This document shows, in pieces, positions 22,287 through 33,026 of a stretch of 64,000 nucleotides of DNA (positions are counted from its first letter, which is position 1; every line of letters starts with the position of its first letter). Source of the stretch: Candidatus Latescibacterota bacterium (lineage in GTDB: Bacteria > Latescibacterota > UBA2968 > GCA-2709665); the NCBI GenBank assembly GCA_965205485.1, contig OZ242180.1, forward strand, positions 64,001 through 128,000, written 5' to 3'. A program made the translations under genes and the position numbers. The notes below the pieces were generated by a model, which saw only the letters and a program-made list of their open reading frames with translations, was not told the origin of the DNA and did no database searches.

Positions 22287-22967
22287 TCAGCCGTCGCCGA
22301 CGATTCTTCCGTCTTCCATCCGGATAGTCCGATCCGCCCTCGCGGCCAGCGCCTGGTCGTGCGTGGCGATGACGAACGTCTGTTTCAGACTGCCCGCGAG
22401 ACGCCAGATCAGATCGTGCAATTCCCGGCTGTGCTCCGCGTCCAGGTTGCCGGAAGGTTCGTCCGCCAGGACCAGCCTCGGCCGCCCGACCAGCGCCCTG
22501 GCAACCGCAACGCGCTGGGATTCTCCGCCAGACAGTTCGGAGGGCAGATGCGCGCGTCGCTCGAAGAGCCCGACCGCATTCAACAGTTCCCCGGCTGCAG
22601 CCCGCGCTTCGGAGACGGGACGCCCCTGAATCATCAGGGGCAGCATCACGTTTTCTTCCGCGGTAAAATCGTTGAGTAAATGGTGAAACTGAAAGACAAA
22701 ACCAACGGATTCGTTTCTGAACCGCGCCCGCTCCGTATCCGTAAGCGCGAAGACATCGTTGCCGTCCACCCGAACCGTTCCGCCGGTAGGGCGATCCAGC
22801 CCACCCAGTATGTGCAGGAGGGTACTCTTGCCGACACCGGAAGGGCCAACCACCGCAACCACCTCACCGCGCGCGACGGAAAGGGCGACACCTTTGAGCA
22901 CCTGAATTTCGGAACCGCCGACGCGGTACCGCTTGACCAGATCCGCAGCCTCGAGCAGGCTACGCAT
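22287..22967 (-). CDS. lolD: LolD-like ABC ATPase
   Basis: GPSGVGKS, GFVFQFHHLL, LSGGESQR, ADEPSGNLD. Confidence 0.88.
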   Translation of the reverse strand: MRSLLEAADLVKRYRVGGSEIQVLKGVALSVARGEVVAVVGPSGVGKSTLLHILGGLDRPTGGTVRVDGNDVFALTDTERARFRNESVGFVFQFHHLLNDFTAEENVMLPLMIQGRPVSEARAAAGELLNAVGLFERRAHLPSELSGGESQRVAVARALVGRPRLVLADEPSGNLDAEHSRELHDLIWRLAGSLKQTFVIATHDQALAARADRTIRMEDGRIVGDG

Positions 22968-24504
22968 CGCCGGCCGTCTCCGGTCGGCCCTCCTCGGGCC
23001 TCATATGCGGAAAGAGGATGACGTCCCGGATCGAACGCGCGTCGGTCAGCAGCATCACAAGCCTGTCCACGCCGAACCCCATCCCGCCCGTAGGCGGCAT
23101 GCCATACTCCATTGCCCTCAGAAAGTCGGCGTCGAGGACCTGCGCTTCTTCATCCCCGCTCTCTCTGAGGGAGGCCTGGTACTCGAATCGTTTCCGCTGA
23201 TCGATCGGATCGTTGAGCTCGGAAAACGCGTTGGCCGCCTCCCATCCGCAGATGAAAGGCTCGAACCGTTCCGTGAGCTCCGGGTTGTCCCGGTGCCGTT
23301 TTGCCAGCGGCGACATCTCCAGGGGGTAATCCGTTATGAACGTGGGTTGAATCAGACGGGGTTGAACGACCGCCTCGAATATCTCATCCATCAGATGCCC
23401 TCGGCGTGCGTTGTCGTCCACCTCGAGGTCCAATTGCCGGCAGATTTCTCTCAGCTCCTCCACATTAGCGCCGGCGACGTTGAAGCCGCCGTGAGTCTTG
23501 ATGGCGTCCAGAAGCGTCATCCGCCGCCAGGGCGGGCCAAGATCGATCTCCGTCCCCTGATAGACGACCGTGCTGGATCCCGTAACCGATTCGGCGACCG
23601 ACGCGAACAGCGACTCGGTCAGCGCCATCATGTCGGTGTAGTCGGCGTACGCCTGATAGGCCTCCAGCATGGTGAATTCGGGATTGTGCGTGCGGTCGAT
23701 ACCTTCGTTCCGGAAATCCCGGCTGAATTCGTAGACCTTTTCGAATCCGCCCACAATCAGACGCTTCAGATAGAGCTCATTCGAAATCCGCAGATAGAGC
23801 TTCATATCCAGCGCGTTGTGATGCGTGGTGAAGGGCCGGGCTGAAGCTCCGCCATACAGCGGCTGCAAAACCGGCGTGTCGGCCTCCAGAAACCCGCGGG
23901 CGTCAAAAAAATCGCGAATGGCGGAAAAAGTCGCCGTCCGCTTGCGAAACACATCCTTGACTTCGGGGTTCAGCGTCAGGTCGAGGTATCGGCGCCGGTA
24001 TCGCAGTTCGGGGTCGGCGAAGGCGTCGTGGACAACCCGCTGACCGTCTTTCACTTCTTCCTTGGGCACCGGCAGCGGCCGCACGGCCTTGGACAGCATC
24101 TCCAATGCGTGCGCTTTCACCGTCATCTCACCCGTACGGGTCCGGAAAACCGGACCGCCGATGCCTACGAAATCTCCAATGTCGAGCAATTTCCAAAGAT
24201 CGAACGCCGTTTCACCCACCGCATCACGTCTGACGTAGATCTGAATCCGGCCCGTTTCATCCAGGAGATCGGCAAAGGCCGACTTGCCGTGGTCCCTTCT
24301 GGCCATCAGACGCCCCGCCACCGACACGTCCCGCCCGTCCGCCTCGAGCGTCTCAAAACTCTCCGTGATTTCCCCGGAACGATGGGTCACTTCGAACCGA
24401 TACGGAAACGGCTCCACGCCCATTTCACGAATCGAGTCCAGCTTCTGCAGACGCTGGGCGACCAGTTGCGATTCCGGGGCGGAAGACGCCCCTTCCTGAG
24501 CCAA
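22960..24504 (-). CDS. lysS: Lysyl-tRNA synthetase (class II)
   Basis: YLRISNELYLKRL, FRNEGID, YGMPPTGG. Confidence 0.98.
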   Translation of the reverse strand: MAQEGASSAPESQLVAQRLQKLDSIREMGVEPFPYRFEVTHRSGEITESFETLEADGRDVSVAGRLMARRDHGKSAFADLLDETGRIQIYVRRDAVGETAFDLWKLLDIGDFVGIGGPVFRTRTGEMTVKAHALEMLSKAVRPLPVPKEEVKDGQRVVHDAFADPELRYRRRYLDLTLNPEVKDVFRKRTATFSAIRDFFDARGFLEADTPVLQPLYGGASARPFTTHHNALDMKLYLRISNELYLKRLIVGGFEKVYEFSRDFRNEGIDRTHNPEFTMLEAYQAYADYTDMMALTESLFASVAESVTGSSTVVYQGTEIDLGPPWRRMTLLDAIKTHGGFNVAGANVEELREICRQLDLEVDDNARRGHLMDEIFEAVVQPRLIQPTFITDYPLEMSPLAKRHRDNPELTERFEPFICGWEAANAFSELNDPIDQRKRFEYQASLRESGDEEAQVLDADFLRAMEYGMPPTGGMGFGVDRLVMLLTDARSIRDVILFPHMRPEEGRPETAGDA

Positions 24505-24588
24505 TCGGATTCCTCCCGACTTAATAAAACTGTCTTAAAATAACCGGTTGATCATCTACCGGCAGCGTCCGGGCTATACAATAAAAAT

Positions 24589-24617
24589 AGTATAATCAAT
24601 ACAAAAAGTGAAGTCAA
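24589..24617 (-). promoter_or_regulatory. Sigma70 promoter upstream of lysS
   Basis: TTGACT-17 nt-TATACT on the minus strand. Confidence 0.7.
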
Positions 24618-24634
24618 GCCCTTTGCCCGGACAA

Positions 24635-25751
24635 TCAGGCCTCCCCTTTCCGTTCCAGAAATGCCCGCATGAATCCGTCCAGGTCCCCGTCCATCACGTC
24701 CTGAACGCCGGATGTTTCGTACTCGGTCCGAAGGTCCTTGACGAGCTGATAGGGATGGAGTACGTAGTTGCGGACCTGGCTGCCGAACTCGATCTTCTTC
24801 TTGTCCTTTTCGATCTTCGCGCGGGCTTTTTCTTCCTCCTCCTTGTAGAGCTGATACAGCCTGGCTTTAAGGATCTTCATTGCCGAGCTTCGGTTCTTGT
24901 GCTGTGACCGTTCGTTCTGACACTGGACCACAATGCCGGTGGGATGGTGCGTAATCCGCACGGCCGAATCGGTCTTGTTCACATGCTGCCCGCCCGCACC
25001 GCTGGACCGGTAGGTATCCACGCGGATATCCTCCGGCTGGATTTCCACCTCGATATCTCCCTCGGCCTCGGGATACACCGAGACCGACGCGAACGACGTG
25101 TGACGCCTGCGGCCGGAGTCGAACGGAGACAGCCTGACGAGCCGATGCACGCCCATTTCGGACTTGAGATAACCGTAAGCGTATTCTCCCTTCATCTCTA
25201 TGGCCACGCTCTTGATGCCCGCCGTCTCCCCCGGCAGAAGGTCCAGCACATCCGCATGGAAACCGCGGCGCTCGGCCCATCGGGTGTACATTCTCATCAG
25301 CATTTGCGCCCAGTCGGCCGATTCCGTACCACCCGCGCCGGGATGAATCGTCAGTATCGCATCCAGGCGGTCCTCCTTGTCGCCCATCATGTGCCGGAAC
25401 TCGAGCTCCTCGAGCGACCCGCCCAGCGCCCGTTGTTCCCGCTGGAGATCCTGCAACGTCTCGTCGTCCTGCTCCTCCCGGGCAAGTTCGTACAACTCCT
25501 CCAGTTCCGTGAGGCGTTCATCCAGGTCCTGCCAGCCGGTGACCCAATCCTTATGCCCGTTCACCTCATCGATGATCCGCCTCGCCCGCTCCCTGTCGTC
25601 CCAGAATCCGGGACGCTCCATCAATCGCTCCAGTTCGGCAATGCGGGTTTCCCGGGATTCCAGGTCAAAGATACCTCCGGAGATTCTCCAGCCGGTCGCG
25701 ACATGACGCCATTCCGGATTTCAGATCGGTATACTGCATTTCGACTGCCAT
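24635..25751 (-). CDS. prfB: Peptide chain release factor 2 with programmed +1 frameshift
   Basis: SPF and GGQ motifs; first segment MAVEMQ...RRYL ends at GGAGG-TAT-CTT-TGA-C. Confidence 0.97.
25664..25679 (-). promoter_or_regulatory. prfB autoregulatory frameshift site
   Basis: Internal SD GGAGG followed by CTTTGAC. Confidence 0.95.
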
Positions 25752-25765
25752 AAACGCCAACTCCT

Positions 25766-25980
25766 CTACGAATAGACGAGACTACGAATGGACGAGATAC
25801 GGAAACGAAACTACGAGACTACGAAAAGGCGAAAAACGCGAATAGACGAAACTACGAGACTACGAAAAAGCGAAACTACGAAACGGCGAGACTGCGAAAC
25901 TACGAGTAGACGAAACTACGAAAGAGCGGGAATACATCATTCGTCGTATGGTTTTCTCGTATTCTCGTATTCTCGCATTT
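25766..25980. repeat. Degenerate octamer tandem array with a facing inverted block
   Basis: Many ACGA(G/A)ACT-like units at 25766-25922; inverted TCGTATTC units at 25941-25980. Confidence 0.85.
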
Positions 25981-25992
25981 CGGTCGCTGGGT

Positions 25993-26661
25993 TCACCTCA
26001 GGTCGATGACCTCGACGCCATCCGGCGGCACGAAAGTGAACAGGTCCGGCTTCAGCTTTCCGTCCACCTTCAGGCGCGAAATATCGTAGGTGGTTACATC
26101 CTCGTTCAGATTGAGATACTCCGCACGCCGGACCAGCCAGAGCTTTCGGTCCACCCACAACCTGACGCGGGTGATATAGCTCTCCTCCTGCAGGGCCGTC
26201 AATTCCACGCGGTAACAGCGCCTGCCATCCACGCTCTCCACTCCCGCGAGCCGGGGCTCGTAGCGGTCCTCGTACCCTCCCAGCAGAATGAGGTCGAAGA
26301 GCAGTTTTTCGTAGCTTCGGTCGCCCTTCGCCCGATCGTAACCGCTCAGCAGGACCTGTTCATTCTCGGGTGTATAGTTCCAGGCGCTTTCTCCATCCGA
26401 CACCACGGTCTGAACCCGCGTTTCGAAGCGAAACCGGTTCGGTTTCTCCACGTACAGGTTGCCGCTCAGCTGTGTCTTCTGGTCCACGAGTTTCCAGTAG
26501 TGAGATTTCGTGAACCGGGCGGAAATGCTCGTGAGCTTTTCATATCGCTCCTGCTGACGGCGAATCACCTCGCGCCCGTCGATGCCCGGCACGTCCGCCG
26601 GTATCAGGAGCGCGCCCGTGAACAATATCAATTTAAGCCGTCCAGCGGCCATGCGCCTCAC
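25993..26661 (-). CDS. lolA: Outer-membrane lipoprotein carrier LolA
   Basis: KPNRFRFE, VVSDG..WNY.P..EQV, FTFVPPDGVEVID; downstream of ftsK. Confidence 0.9.
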   Translation of the reverse strand: MRRMAAGRLKLILFTGALLIPADVPGIDGREVIRRQQERYEKLTSISARFTKSHYWKLVDQKTQLSGNLYVEKPNRFRFETRVQTVVSDGESAWNYTPENEQVLLSGYDRAKGDRSYEKLLFDLILLGGYEDRYEPRLAGVESVDGRRCYRVELTALQEESYITRVRLWVDRKLWLVRRAEYLNLNEDVTTYDISRLKVDGKLKPDLFTFVPPDGVEVIDLR

Positions 26662-26713
26662 CTCTTGTCAATTGCCCGCGAAGGGAGCCCCGGCACCGTT
26701 TTCTTTCCGGTAC

Positions 26714-29095
26714 TCACAGCGCATCCGGCTCATTCTCTCCGTGCCGGTCGAGATATTCAATATCAACAAGCACCTCGCGGCCCTTGCTGCTCCCGTCCGA
26801 TGGACCGACGATTCCGGCCTGCTCCAGTTCATCCACGAGCCGCGCGGCGCGCGCATATCCCACTTTCATGCGGCGCTGAAGCAGCGAGGCCGACCCCTGC
26901 TGGTGGGTAACGACCAGCCGCAGCGCTTCGTCGAAACGTTTGTCGCGCGACCCTTCGGCGAGCATCAGTTCGTTCTCGTCCACACCCAGGTCCAACTGCG
27001 CCAGCTCCACGCCCTGGCCGCTCACCCATTCCACCAGTCGCTCGGTCTCCTCGGTTGTCATATTCGCACCGTGGACCCGCACCGGCTCCGCCTTGCCGGC
27101 CGGCATGAACAGCATATCGCCGCGGCCCAGAAGCTTCTCGGCGCCATTACAATCCAGAATCGTGCGTGAATCCACTTTCGACGCCACGCGAAACGCGATA
27201 CGAGATGGGAAATTCGCCTTGATCGTGCCCGTGATCACGTTTACCGACGGCCGCTGAGTCGCCAGGATCAGATGGATGCCCACGGCGCGCGCCATCTGCG
27301 CAAGCCGCGCCAGGGAATCCTCGATGTCCGCGGGCGCCGTCATCATCAGGTCCGCGAGCTCGTCGACCACAACCACGATGTAGGGCAGGAGCGGGGGGAC
27401 CTCGCCCCGGTCTTCCTCCGACTCCGCCTCCGTGCGCATCTTCTCCAGTTTGCTGTTGAAGTCCGTGATATTCCTCACGTTGTACTGCGCCAGGTTTCGA
27501 TAACGGTCTTCCATCTCCGCAACCGCCCACCTCAACGCTTCCGAGGCCTTCTGCGGTTCAGTGACGACCGGCGCCAGCAGGTGCGGAATGCTGTTGTAGA
27601 TGGACAGCTCCAGCATCTTCGGGTCCACCATGATGAAACGCACCTCTTCGGGACTACACCGCATCAGGATGCTGGTAATCAGCCCGTTGACACATACGGA
27701 TTTCCCGCTCCCCGTCGCGCCGGCGATCAACAGGTGCGGCATGGACGCCAGGCTTGTGCAGACGGATTCTCCGGTGGCGGACTTGCCCAGCGCCAGCATC
27801 AGCTTCTCATCGGCATCCTGAAAGGCGTCGGACTCGAGAATCTCCCGCAGGAAGACGGTAGAGGGGTTCGCGTTCGGCACTTCGATGCCCACGGCCGCTT
27901 TGCCTGGAATCGGCGCCTGGATGCGGATGCTTCTCGCCTTCATCACCAGAGCGAGGTCGTCTGACAGGTTGACGATGCGGTTCACCTTGACCCCGCGGGG
28001 CGGCTGCACCTCGTATCCGGTAATGACAGGGCCCGGATTGACCTGCACGACCTTGCCTTCGATGCCAAAGCTGCTGAGGCTGTGCTCAAGTGTCTGCGCG
28101 CCTTCCAGCAGGACCGACCTGTCCGGCCCTTCCTCCGTTTGTGCCGGCTCATTGAGCAATTTCAGGTCCGGCAACCGGTACCGGACGTCCCCGCCTCCCG
28201 GCGAATGCGCTTTCGGCTTCAGGCCGGTCGACCTGGAAATCTCCACCGGATCCGCCACGATGTCGGGGTCGAGCGTAACCGACGGTTGATCTTCCGGCTC
28301 GTCCGCGTCGGCTTCGTACAGCGGAAAGGGCTCGGGGATGGCATCGTCAGTCTCAGCCGGCAGAACCGACCCGGCGTGGTTTCCGGATTCCGTCTCCCCC
28401 TCCGGCGGGTCCACTTCCGCGCTTTCCGGCGCAAGCGTCTCCACGGTCTGCGGCTGCTCCGGAAGCCCAGGCGTGGAGCCGCCGGAGATGTGCGTCGGAT
28501 TGCGCTTTGCCCGCGACGCCCACAATTCCGGAATTCGCGAAAAGGACAGGCGGGTGAGCACCATAAAGAACACCACGAACAGGGCGCACAACAGGATGTA
28601 CGACCCCACGAACCCCAGATACGGGACCAGAATCCTCCCCGCAAGGGTAACCCCCAGCCAACCGCCCATCAGAAACGACAGATGGGTCTCTCCCCGGGAC
28701 GGTACGCACGCCGCGGCGCCGTAAACCACAACCAGGGCCAGCAATGCCAGGCTTTGCGTTACGAAAGGCAGGGCCGGACGTTCTCTGAAGCGATTCCAGC
28801 CCCACATCAGAACGATGGCTGTCAGCACGTAGGCGCCGTGGCCGACCGCGAACAATAGATAGAATGAGACCTGACTGCCGATCCACCCCGCCATATTTTC
28901 CGTGAGTTCCGGCGCACGACTCGAATTCGGTGGATCCTGCGGCGAATGCGAAACCAGGCTTACCACCATGAACAGCGCAACCGCGAACAGCAACACACCG
29001 CAGACCTGATTTACCAGGTCCGGTCTGTTTTGCGGTTCCTCTATAACCGCGTTCGGTTCCTCTATCATCTTTGATCCACCCTTGTCCTGGTGCAT
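26714..29095 (-). CDS. ftsK: DNA translocase FtsK
   Basis: N-terminal TMs; HLLIAGATGSGKS; LATQRPS; gamma domain. Confidence 0.97.
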   Translation of the reverse strand: MHQDKGGSKMIEEPNAVIEEPQNRPDLVNQVCGVLLFAVALFMVVSLVSHSPQDPPNSSRAPELTENMAGWIGSQVSFYLLFAVGHGAYVLTAIVLMWGWNRFRERPALPFVTQSLALLALVVVYGAAACVPSRGETHLSFLMGGWLGVTLAGRILVPYLGFVGSYILLCALFVVFFMVLTRLSFSRIPELWASRAKRNPTHISGGSTPGLPEQPQTVETLAPESAEVDPPEGETESGNHAGSVLPAETDDAIPEPFPLYEADADEPEDQPSVTLDPDIVADPVEISRSTGLKPKAHSPGGGDVRYRLPDLKLLNEPAQTEEGPDRSVLLEGAQTLEHSLSSFGIEGKVVQVNPGPVITGYEVQPPRGVKVNRIVNLSDDLALVMKARSIRIQAPIPGKAAVGIEVPNANPSTVFLREILESDAFQDADEKLMLALGKSATGESVCTSLASMPHLLIAGATGSGKSVCVNGLITSILMRCSPEEVRFIMVDPKMLELSIYNSIPHLLAPVVTEPQKASEALRWAVAEMEDRYRNLAQYNVRNITDFNSKLEKMRTEAESEEDRGEVPPLLPYIVVVVDELADLMMTAPADIEDSLARLAQMARAVGIHLILATQRPSVNVITGTIKANFPSRIAFRVASKVDSRTILDCNGAEKLLGRGDMLFMPAGKAEPVRVHGANMTTEETERLVEWVSGQGVELAQLDLGVDENELMLAEGSRDKRFDEALRLVVTHQQGSASLLQRRMKVGYARAARLVDELEQAGIVGPSDGSSKGREVLVDIEYLDRHGENEPDAL

Positions 29096-29163
29096 ACAAG
29101 GGGAGAGTGCGCACGTGGGTCGATTCCGATGCTCCAGCGCAGGGGATCCGCCGGTACCGCGGG

Positions 29164-30858
29164 TTACAACCCTCTTGCCAGCACGACAGGGGCCTTCGTT
29201 CTAAAGATACGACCTTTGAGCGAAGTCTCCAAAAATAAGATGTAAATCCCGGGCTTCAACAGCGCGCCGTCTTCACCCGACCCGTCCCAGGTCACCCGCC
29301 GCCGGCTGCCTCCGGCGGCGGCATCGAGGAGCCGCTTTACCGGATGTCCGGACCTGTCGTACACCCACAGGTTCACGTCGGCGCGGGGCGTTGGAAGAAG
29401 ATACCGTATTTCCACCCGGTCGTAGAAGGGATTGGGCTCGGCCACCAGGCGGACGCCTTCGATGCCGGTTTGCAGCGCCACGCTGTTTTCGCGCCCGGGC
29501 GTCGCGCCGTCCTCGTGTGTACTTGCGAGCCAGTTCAGCAGATCGCCGCTCGGTCCGGAACCCGAGATTCGTTCGAGCGACCGGCCGGTAAACGCCGCGG
29601 CATCGTAAACCATACTGTCCACAACCGCGCCGGTTGCATCGCGCAAGACAACGGCGTCACCGCTGTCGTTCAGACGTGCCCATCTCCCGGGCGCGACGAC
29701 CCGAACGGTCCGGTCCGGAAACCGGCTGTAGAACCGGTCCATGTGTTCGGCCACAACCAGGTACGCATCGGGCTGCAGCCGCAAGGGGTTGCTCCCGAAC
29801 GGGCCGCCCGGCGATTTCGCATCCTCGATACGCCACGCGATCACGTCCAGCGCCCGCCCGGAACGGTTGTGGAGTTCCACCCACTCCGGCTCACCCTCGA
29901 CGGGAGCATACATCACTTCGTTTACGATCACCGCCCGGGGTGCTACGCCGCCGAGTACCGTCCAGGTCACCTGATTGTTCGACGTATCCTCATCGGCTTC
30001 GAACACGACCCTGGCCACGTACTCGTGCTGTCCCGGCGGTACGATTCCGATTGGCGTCTCGATCCGGAGATGCCCGGCAGGCTCGAGATCCGGAAAATCC
30101 CGATGCCACGCGACAACTCCCTGCACGTCCACGAAAAACGCCGTTGCCGGCCGGCGCCCCCGGTTGACCACCTGCAGGACAAAGTCCCGCGCGACGCCCG
30201 CCGGAACCGGAAACGGCGACTCCGATACCCGTTCCAGCGCCAGGTCGAAGTCTTTGGGGCTGACGCTGTTGACGCGTCCCGGCGTCCCTCCCTCCCAACG
30301 CGAATCCATCCAGTTCTCCGGTCCGTCGCCCCCGGCAGGGTCCACTTTCTCCTCGGAATACCCCGGCTTGTTTCCCGTCGTGTAGACCATCGCGCCTACG
30401 GTGTCGCCGGCCGATGAAACGAGTACGATCCGCTCCGGCGCTGAATTGCTCAGGCCCGAGTTCCCGATCGTGGCGTCAGCCACGGTGAGGATCAATGCGG
30501 ACGGGGGAAGCGGATCGTAACGGGTCGAATGCGCGAAGTAACCGGAATCCAGAATCAGCCCGAACGCCCCCGGCTGCAGCACGGTCTCGTTCTCGAAGAC
30601 CAGTTCGTCCGCTTCGTCGCCGTCTCCAGCCTGCCAGCCGGCGAGATCCTCGGGTTCGCTGCCCGTATTCTGAATCTCTATAAACTCGTCGTAAAACTCG
30701 CTGCCGGACGGGTCGAACATGACCTCGCTGATCACCACGCGTCCCTCCGCACGGACACCTGGCATCACCACAGCGAGCAGCAAGGCAATGCCGCCAACGA
30801 CCAACCCGGCGCCAATGCCTCGATACCCGATGCTCCGACCGGCCGAAAGCCCGTTCAT
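29164..30858 (-). CDS. Secreted protein with two lamin-tail domains, CARDB-like Ig and FlgD-like C-terminus
   Basis: VISEVMFDP..EFIEIQN and IVNEVMY..EWVELHN; TPGRVNS/TPGRENS; PNPF..WDG..PGIY. Confidence 0.8.
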   Translation of the reverse strand: MNGLSAGRSIGYRGIGAGLVVGGIALLLAVVMPGVRAEGRVVISEVMFDPSGSEFYDEFIEIQNTGSEPEDLAGWQAGDGDEADELVFENETVLQPGAFGLILDSGYFAHSTRYDPLPPSALILTVADATIGNSGLSNSAPERIVLVSSAGDTVGAMVYTTGNKPGYSEEKVDPAGGDGPENWMDSRWEGGTPGRVNSVSPKDFDLALERVSESPFPVPAGVARDFVLQVVNRGRRPATAFFVDVQGVVAWHRDFPDLEPAGHLRIETPIGIVPPGQHEYVARVVFEADEDTSNNQVTWTVLGGVAPRAVIVNEVMYAPVEGEPEWVELHNRSGRALDVIAWRIEDAKSPGGPFGSNPLRLQPDAYLVVAEHMDRFYSRFPDRTVRVVAPGRWARLNDSGDAVVLRDATGAVVDSMVYDAAAFTGRSLERISGSGPSGDLLNWLASTHEDGATPGRENSVALQTGIEGVRLVAEPNPFYDRVEIRYLLPTPRADVNLWVYDRSGHPVKRLLDAAAGGSRRRVTWDGSGEDGALLKPGIYILFLETSLKGRIFRTKAPVVLARGL

Positions 30859-33023
30859 ATCATCCCCCGCCTGCGCCTGACGGTCCATTCCACGCCGAGG
30901 AGTACGATGAGAACGAAAAGCGGCCAATGTTTGCCCCACAGCCGCGCCCGGTGCGACTCCGACACCGCCTGCGGCGCCAGGTCGAGAGCGTTCAATACCT
31001 CGCGCAGGCGTTCGGGCGGCGCATAGGCGCCTCCGCTCTGTACGCCAACGCTTTCAAGCAGGTCTCTGTTCAGCCGCATGTCTTCGAATTCCAGACTGTA
31101 CCGGCCCACGGTAAACCGGCCCGTCGCACGCCCCAGATCGACGCCGCCCGACACGGCCCGGACGTCATACACGTACTCTCCCTGCGCGCCCGCCTTCATC
31201 TGCCCCCGGTAACGCCCCTCGCCTTCATCGTCCAGAATCGTCTGACGCACGCGGCCCTCGTCCACGACGGAAACCGCCACGCGGGCGCCCTCCTGCGGCT
31301 GGAGCAACTCGTTGAAGACACGGGCGTGGAACGTCACCGGGGCGCCGCTGCGATAGACGGGTTTATCCACCTCCACCTGAATCCGGTCGACGTCCTCCCG
31401 CTTGACCAGCCACTGCACCGAATTGGCCCAGAACGCCTTCGAAACTTCGTCGTTCCCGCCGACACCCCACAACATGAGACCGAGCCGCCAGAACGTCCTC
31501 GCGGCCACGGCCATCACCTTGCCCGTCCCCACGCGGCGCACCGCAACCAGCGGCATCTTCTCCCCGCCCGCACGCTCGATCGGATGATAGATGAGGGTTT
31601 CCGCATCGCCCTGGAGCCCACGGTTCACGTTGAAGGCCAGCATCGGCGGCAGATCGCTCCAGGCCTGCCGGTCCGCCAGCGGATCGTCCGAGACCCTTAG
31701 AATGGGATGCACGGTTCCCGACCGCGACAATTCAAGCCGGAACGGCGCCTCCCGGTATGTACTGGCGTCCTGGGTACACACAACCGGCAGCACGCGCGCG
31801 ATCGGCGACCGGGCGTAGGCGTCGTTGAATCCCGAAGGGCCGCCAACGACGAGCATTGCGCCGCCCGATTCCACGTATTCGGCCAGCCGGTGTCCGGATT
31901 GCCCCCAAATGGTTTCTCCGGGAAGATCGAACAGGACAAGGAGCCCCGAGGTATCGGGGTCGGCCAGTCCGGCCCGTATCCGCATCGGCCAGTCGCCCGT
32001 TTTGCCGGGGACGAAGAGTTCCACGTGAAGATTCTCGTTGGCTTCCAGCACCCGGCGCAGATAGGCAAGATCCGCACTCGGGGATCCCGCAACGATCCGC
32101 ACGCGCAGGCGATTCTCGATAACCTCCGCCGAAACGACCGCGGTATTGTTCGCCGTAGAGCGTTCCGCCGGCTGGGCCGCCAGATGAATCCGATAAACAC
32201 GCCGGCCCGCCCGGTCCGGCGCCATCGAAAACCGGACCTCCTGTTCGCCGTCCGTCAGCGTGACCGGCGCCTCGGCCACCCGGCGCCCCTCCTCTTCGAC
32301 AACCAGCAGCGAGCTTGCGCCTCCAAAGCCGCTGGACGTCAGGCCCACCGAAATCGACAACGGACGCCCGACGTAACCCATCGGATCGCATACGGCCGAC
32401 AGGATCGCCGCGTCCCTTGGCGCGTCCGGGTTTCCCAGACCAACCGCGAAAACAGGCGCACCCAGCTCGAGCGCCGCCCGTTCCGGCCTCGCGCCCAGGT
32501 TGTGCGCCCCGTCGGAAATCAGCACCGCCGCGACCAGGCCACGGCCGGCCGTTTCCTCCCGCAGCAGATCCAGCGCCGCGGCCAGGTCCGTGGCCCTTCC
32601 GTCGAAGCGCAGTGAGTCCGCGCCCTCCTGCGGCAGGGGCGCCAGCCACTCGGAGAAGCGATACCTGGCAATCCGAGCGCGCGACGCCAGCGCTTCGAAC
32701 ACGCCGCTCTTGAGGATGTCAATCGCGAGATCGCCGCGCCTCCGCCCGTCATCCTCGATGCGCATACTCTCGCTGTCGTCAACCAGGACCGCCACAAGCG
32801 GCTTCCGCTCGCGCCGCAACGTGAGCGCCAGTACCGGTTCCATCATCAACGCCAGCAATAGAAGAAACGCGGTGCACCGCAATACGAGCAACCAACGTGC
32901 CAACCGGAATCCCTGTTTTCGCGTACGGTACACCTGCCAGGCCAGGTAAACGCAGACCGGCGCGAGCAGACCCAGCCACACTCCGTCGTGCAAACTCAGA
33001 TCCAGATCAGACAGATCGAACAT
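30855..33023 (-). CDS. Membrane protein with vWA-like and GATase-like domains
   Basis: VLVDDSESM MIDAS-like motif; TDL; LISDG; terminal EWTVRRRRG. Confidence 0.75.
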   Translation of the reverse strand: MFDLSDLDLSLHDGVWLGLLAPVCVYLAWQVYRTRKQGFRLARWLLVLRCTAFLLLLALMMEPVLALTLRRERKPLVAVLVDDSESMRIEDDGRRRGDLAIDILKSGVFEALASRARIARYRFSEWLAPLPQEGADSLRFDGRATDLAAALDLLREETAGRGLVAAVLISDGAHNLGARPERAALELGAPVFAVGLGNPDAPRDAAILSAVCDPMGYVGRPLSISVGLTSSGFGGASSLLVVEEEGRRVAEAPVTLTDGEQEVRFSMAPDRAGRRVYRIHLAAQPAERSTANNTAVVSAEVIENRLRVRIVAGSPSADLAYLRRVLEANENLHVELFVPGKTGDWPMRIRAGLADPDTSGLLVLFDLPGETIWGQSGHRLAEYVESGGAMLVVGGPSGFNDAYARSPIARVLPVVCTQDASTYREAPFRLELSRSGTVHPILRVSDDPLADRQAWSDLPPMLAFNVNRGLQGDAETLIYHPIERAGGEKMPLVAVRRVGTGKVMAVAARTFWRLGLMLWGVGGNDEVSKAFWANSVQWLVKREDVDRIQVEVDKPVYRSGAPVTFHARVFNELLQPQEGARVAVSVVDEGRVRQTILDDEGEGRYRGQMKAGAQGEYVYDVRAVSGGVDLGRATGRFTVGRYSLEFEDMRLNRDLLESVGVQSGGAYAPPERLREVLNALDLAPQAVSESHRARLWGKHWPLFVLIVLLGVEWTVRRRRGMI

Positions 33024-33026
33024 AGC

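Noticed and set aside
24635..25751. prfB as a pseudogene
   Set aside because: Canonical programmed frameshift
25766..25980. Possible CRISPR array
   Set aside because: Degenerate 8-mers without unique spacers; no cas genes
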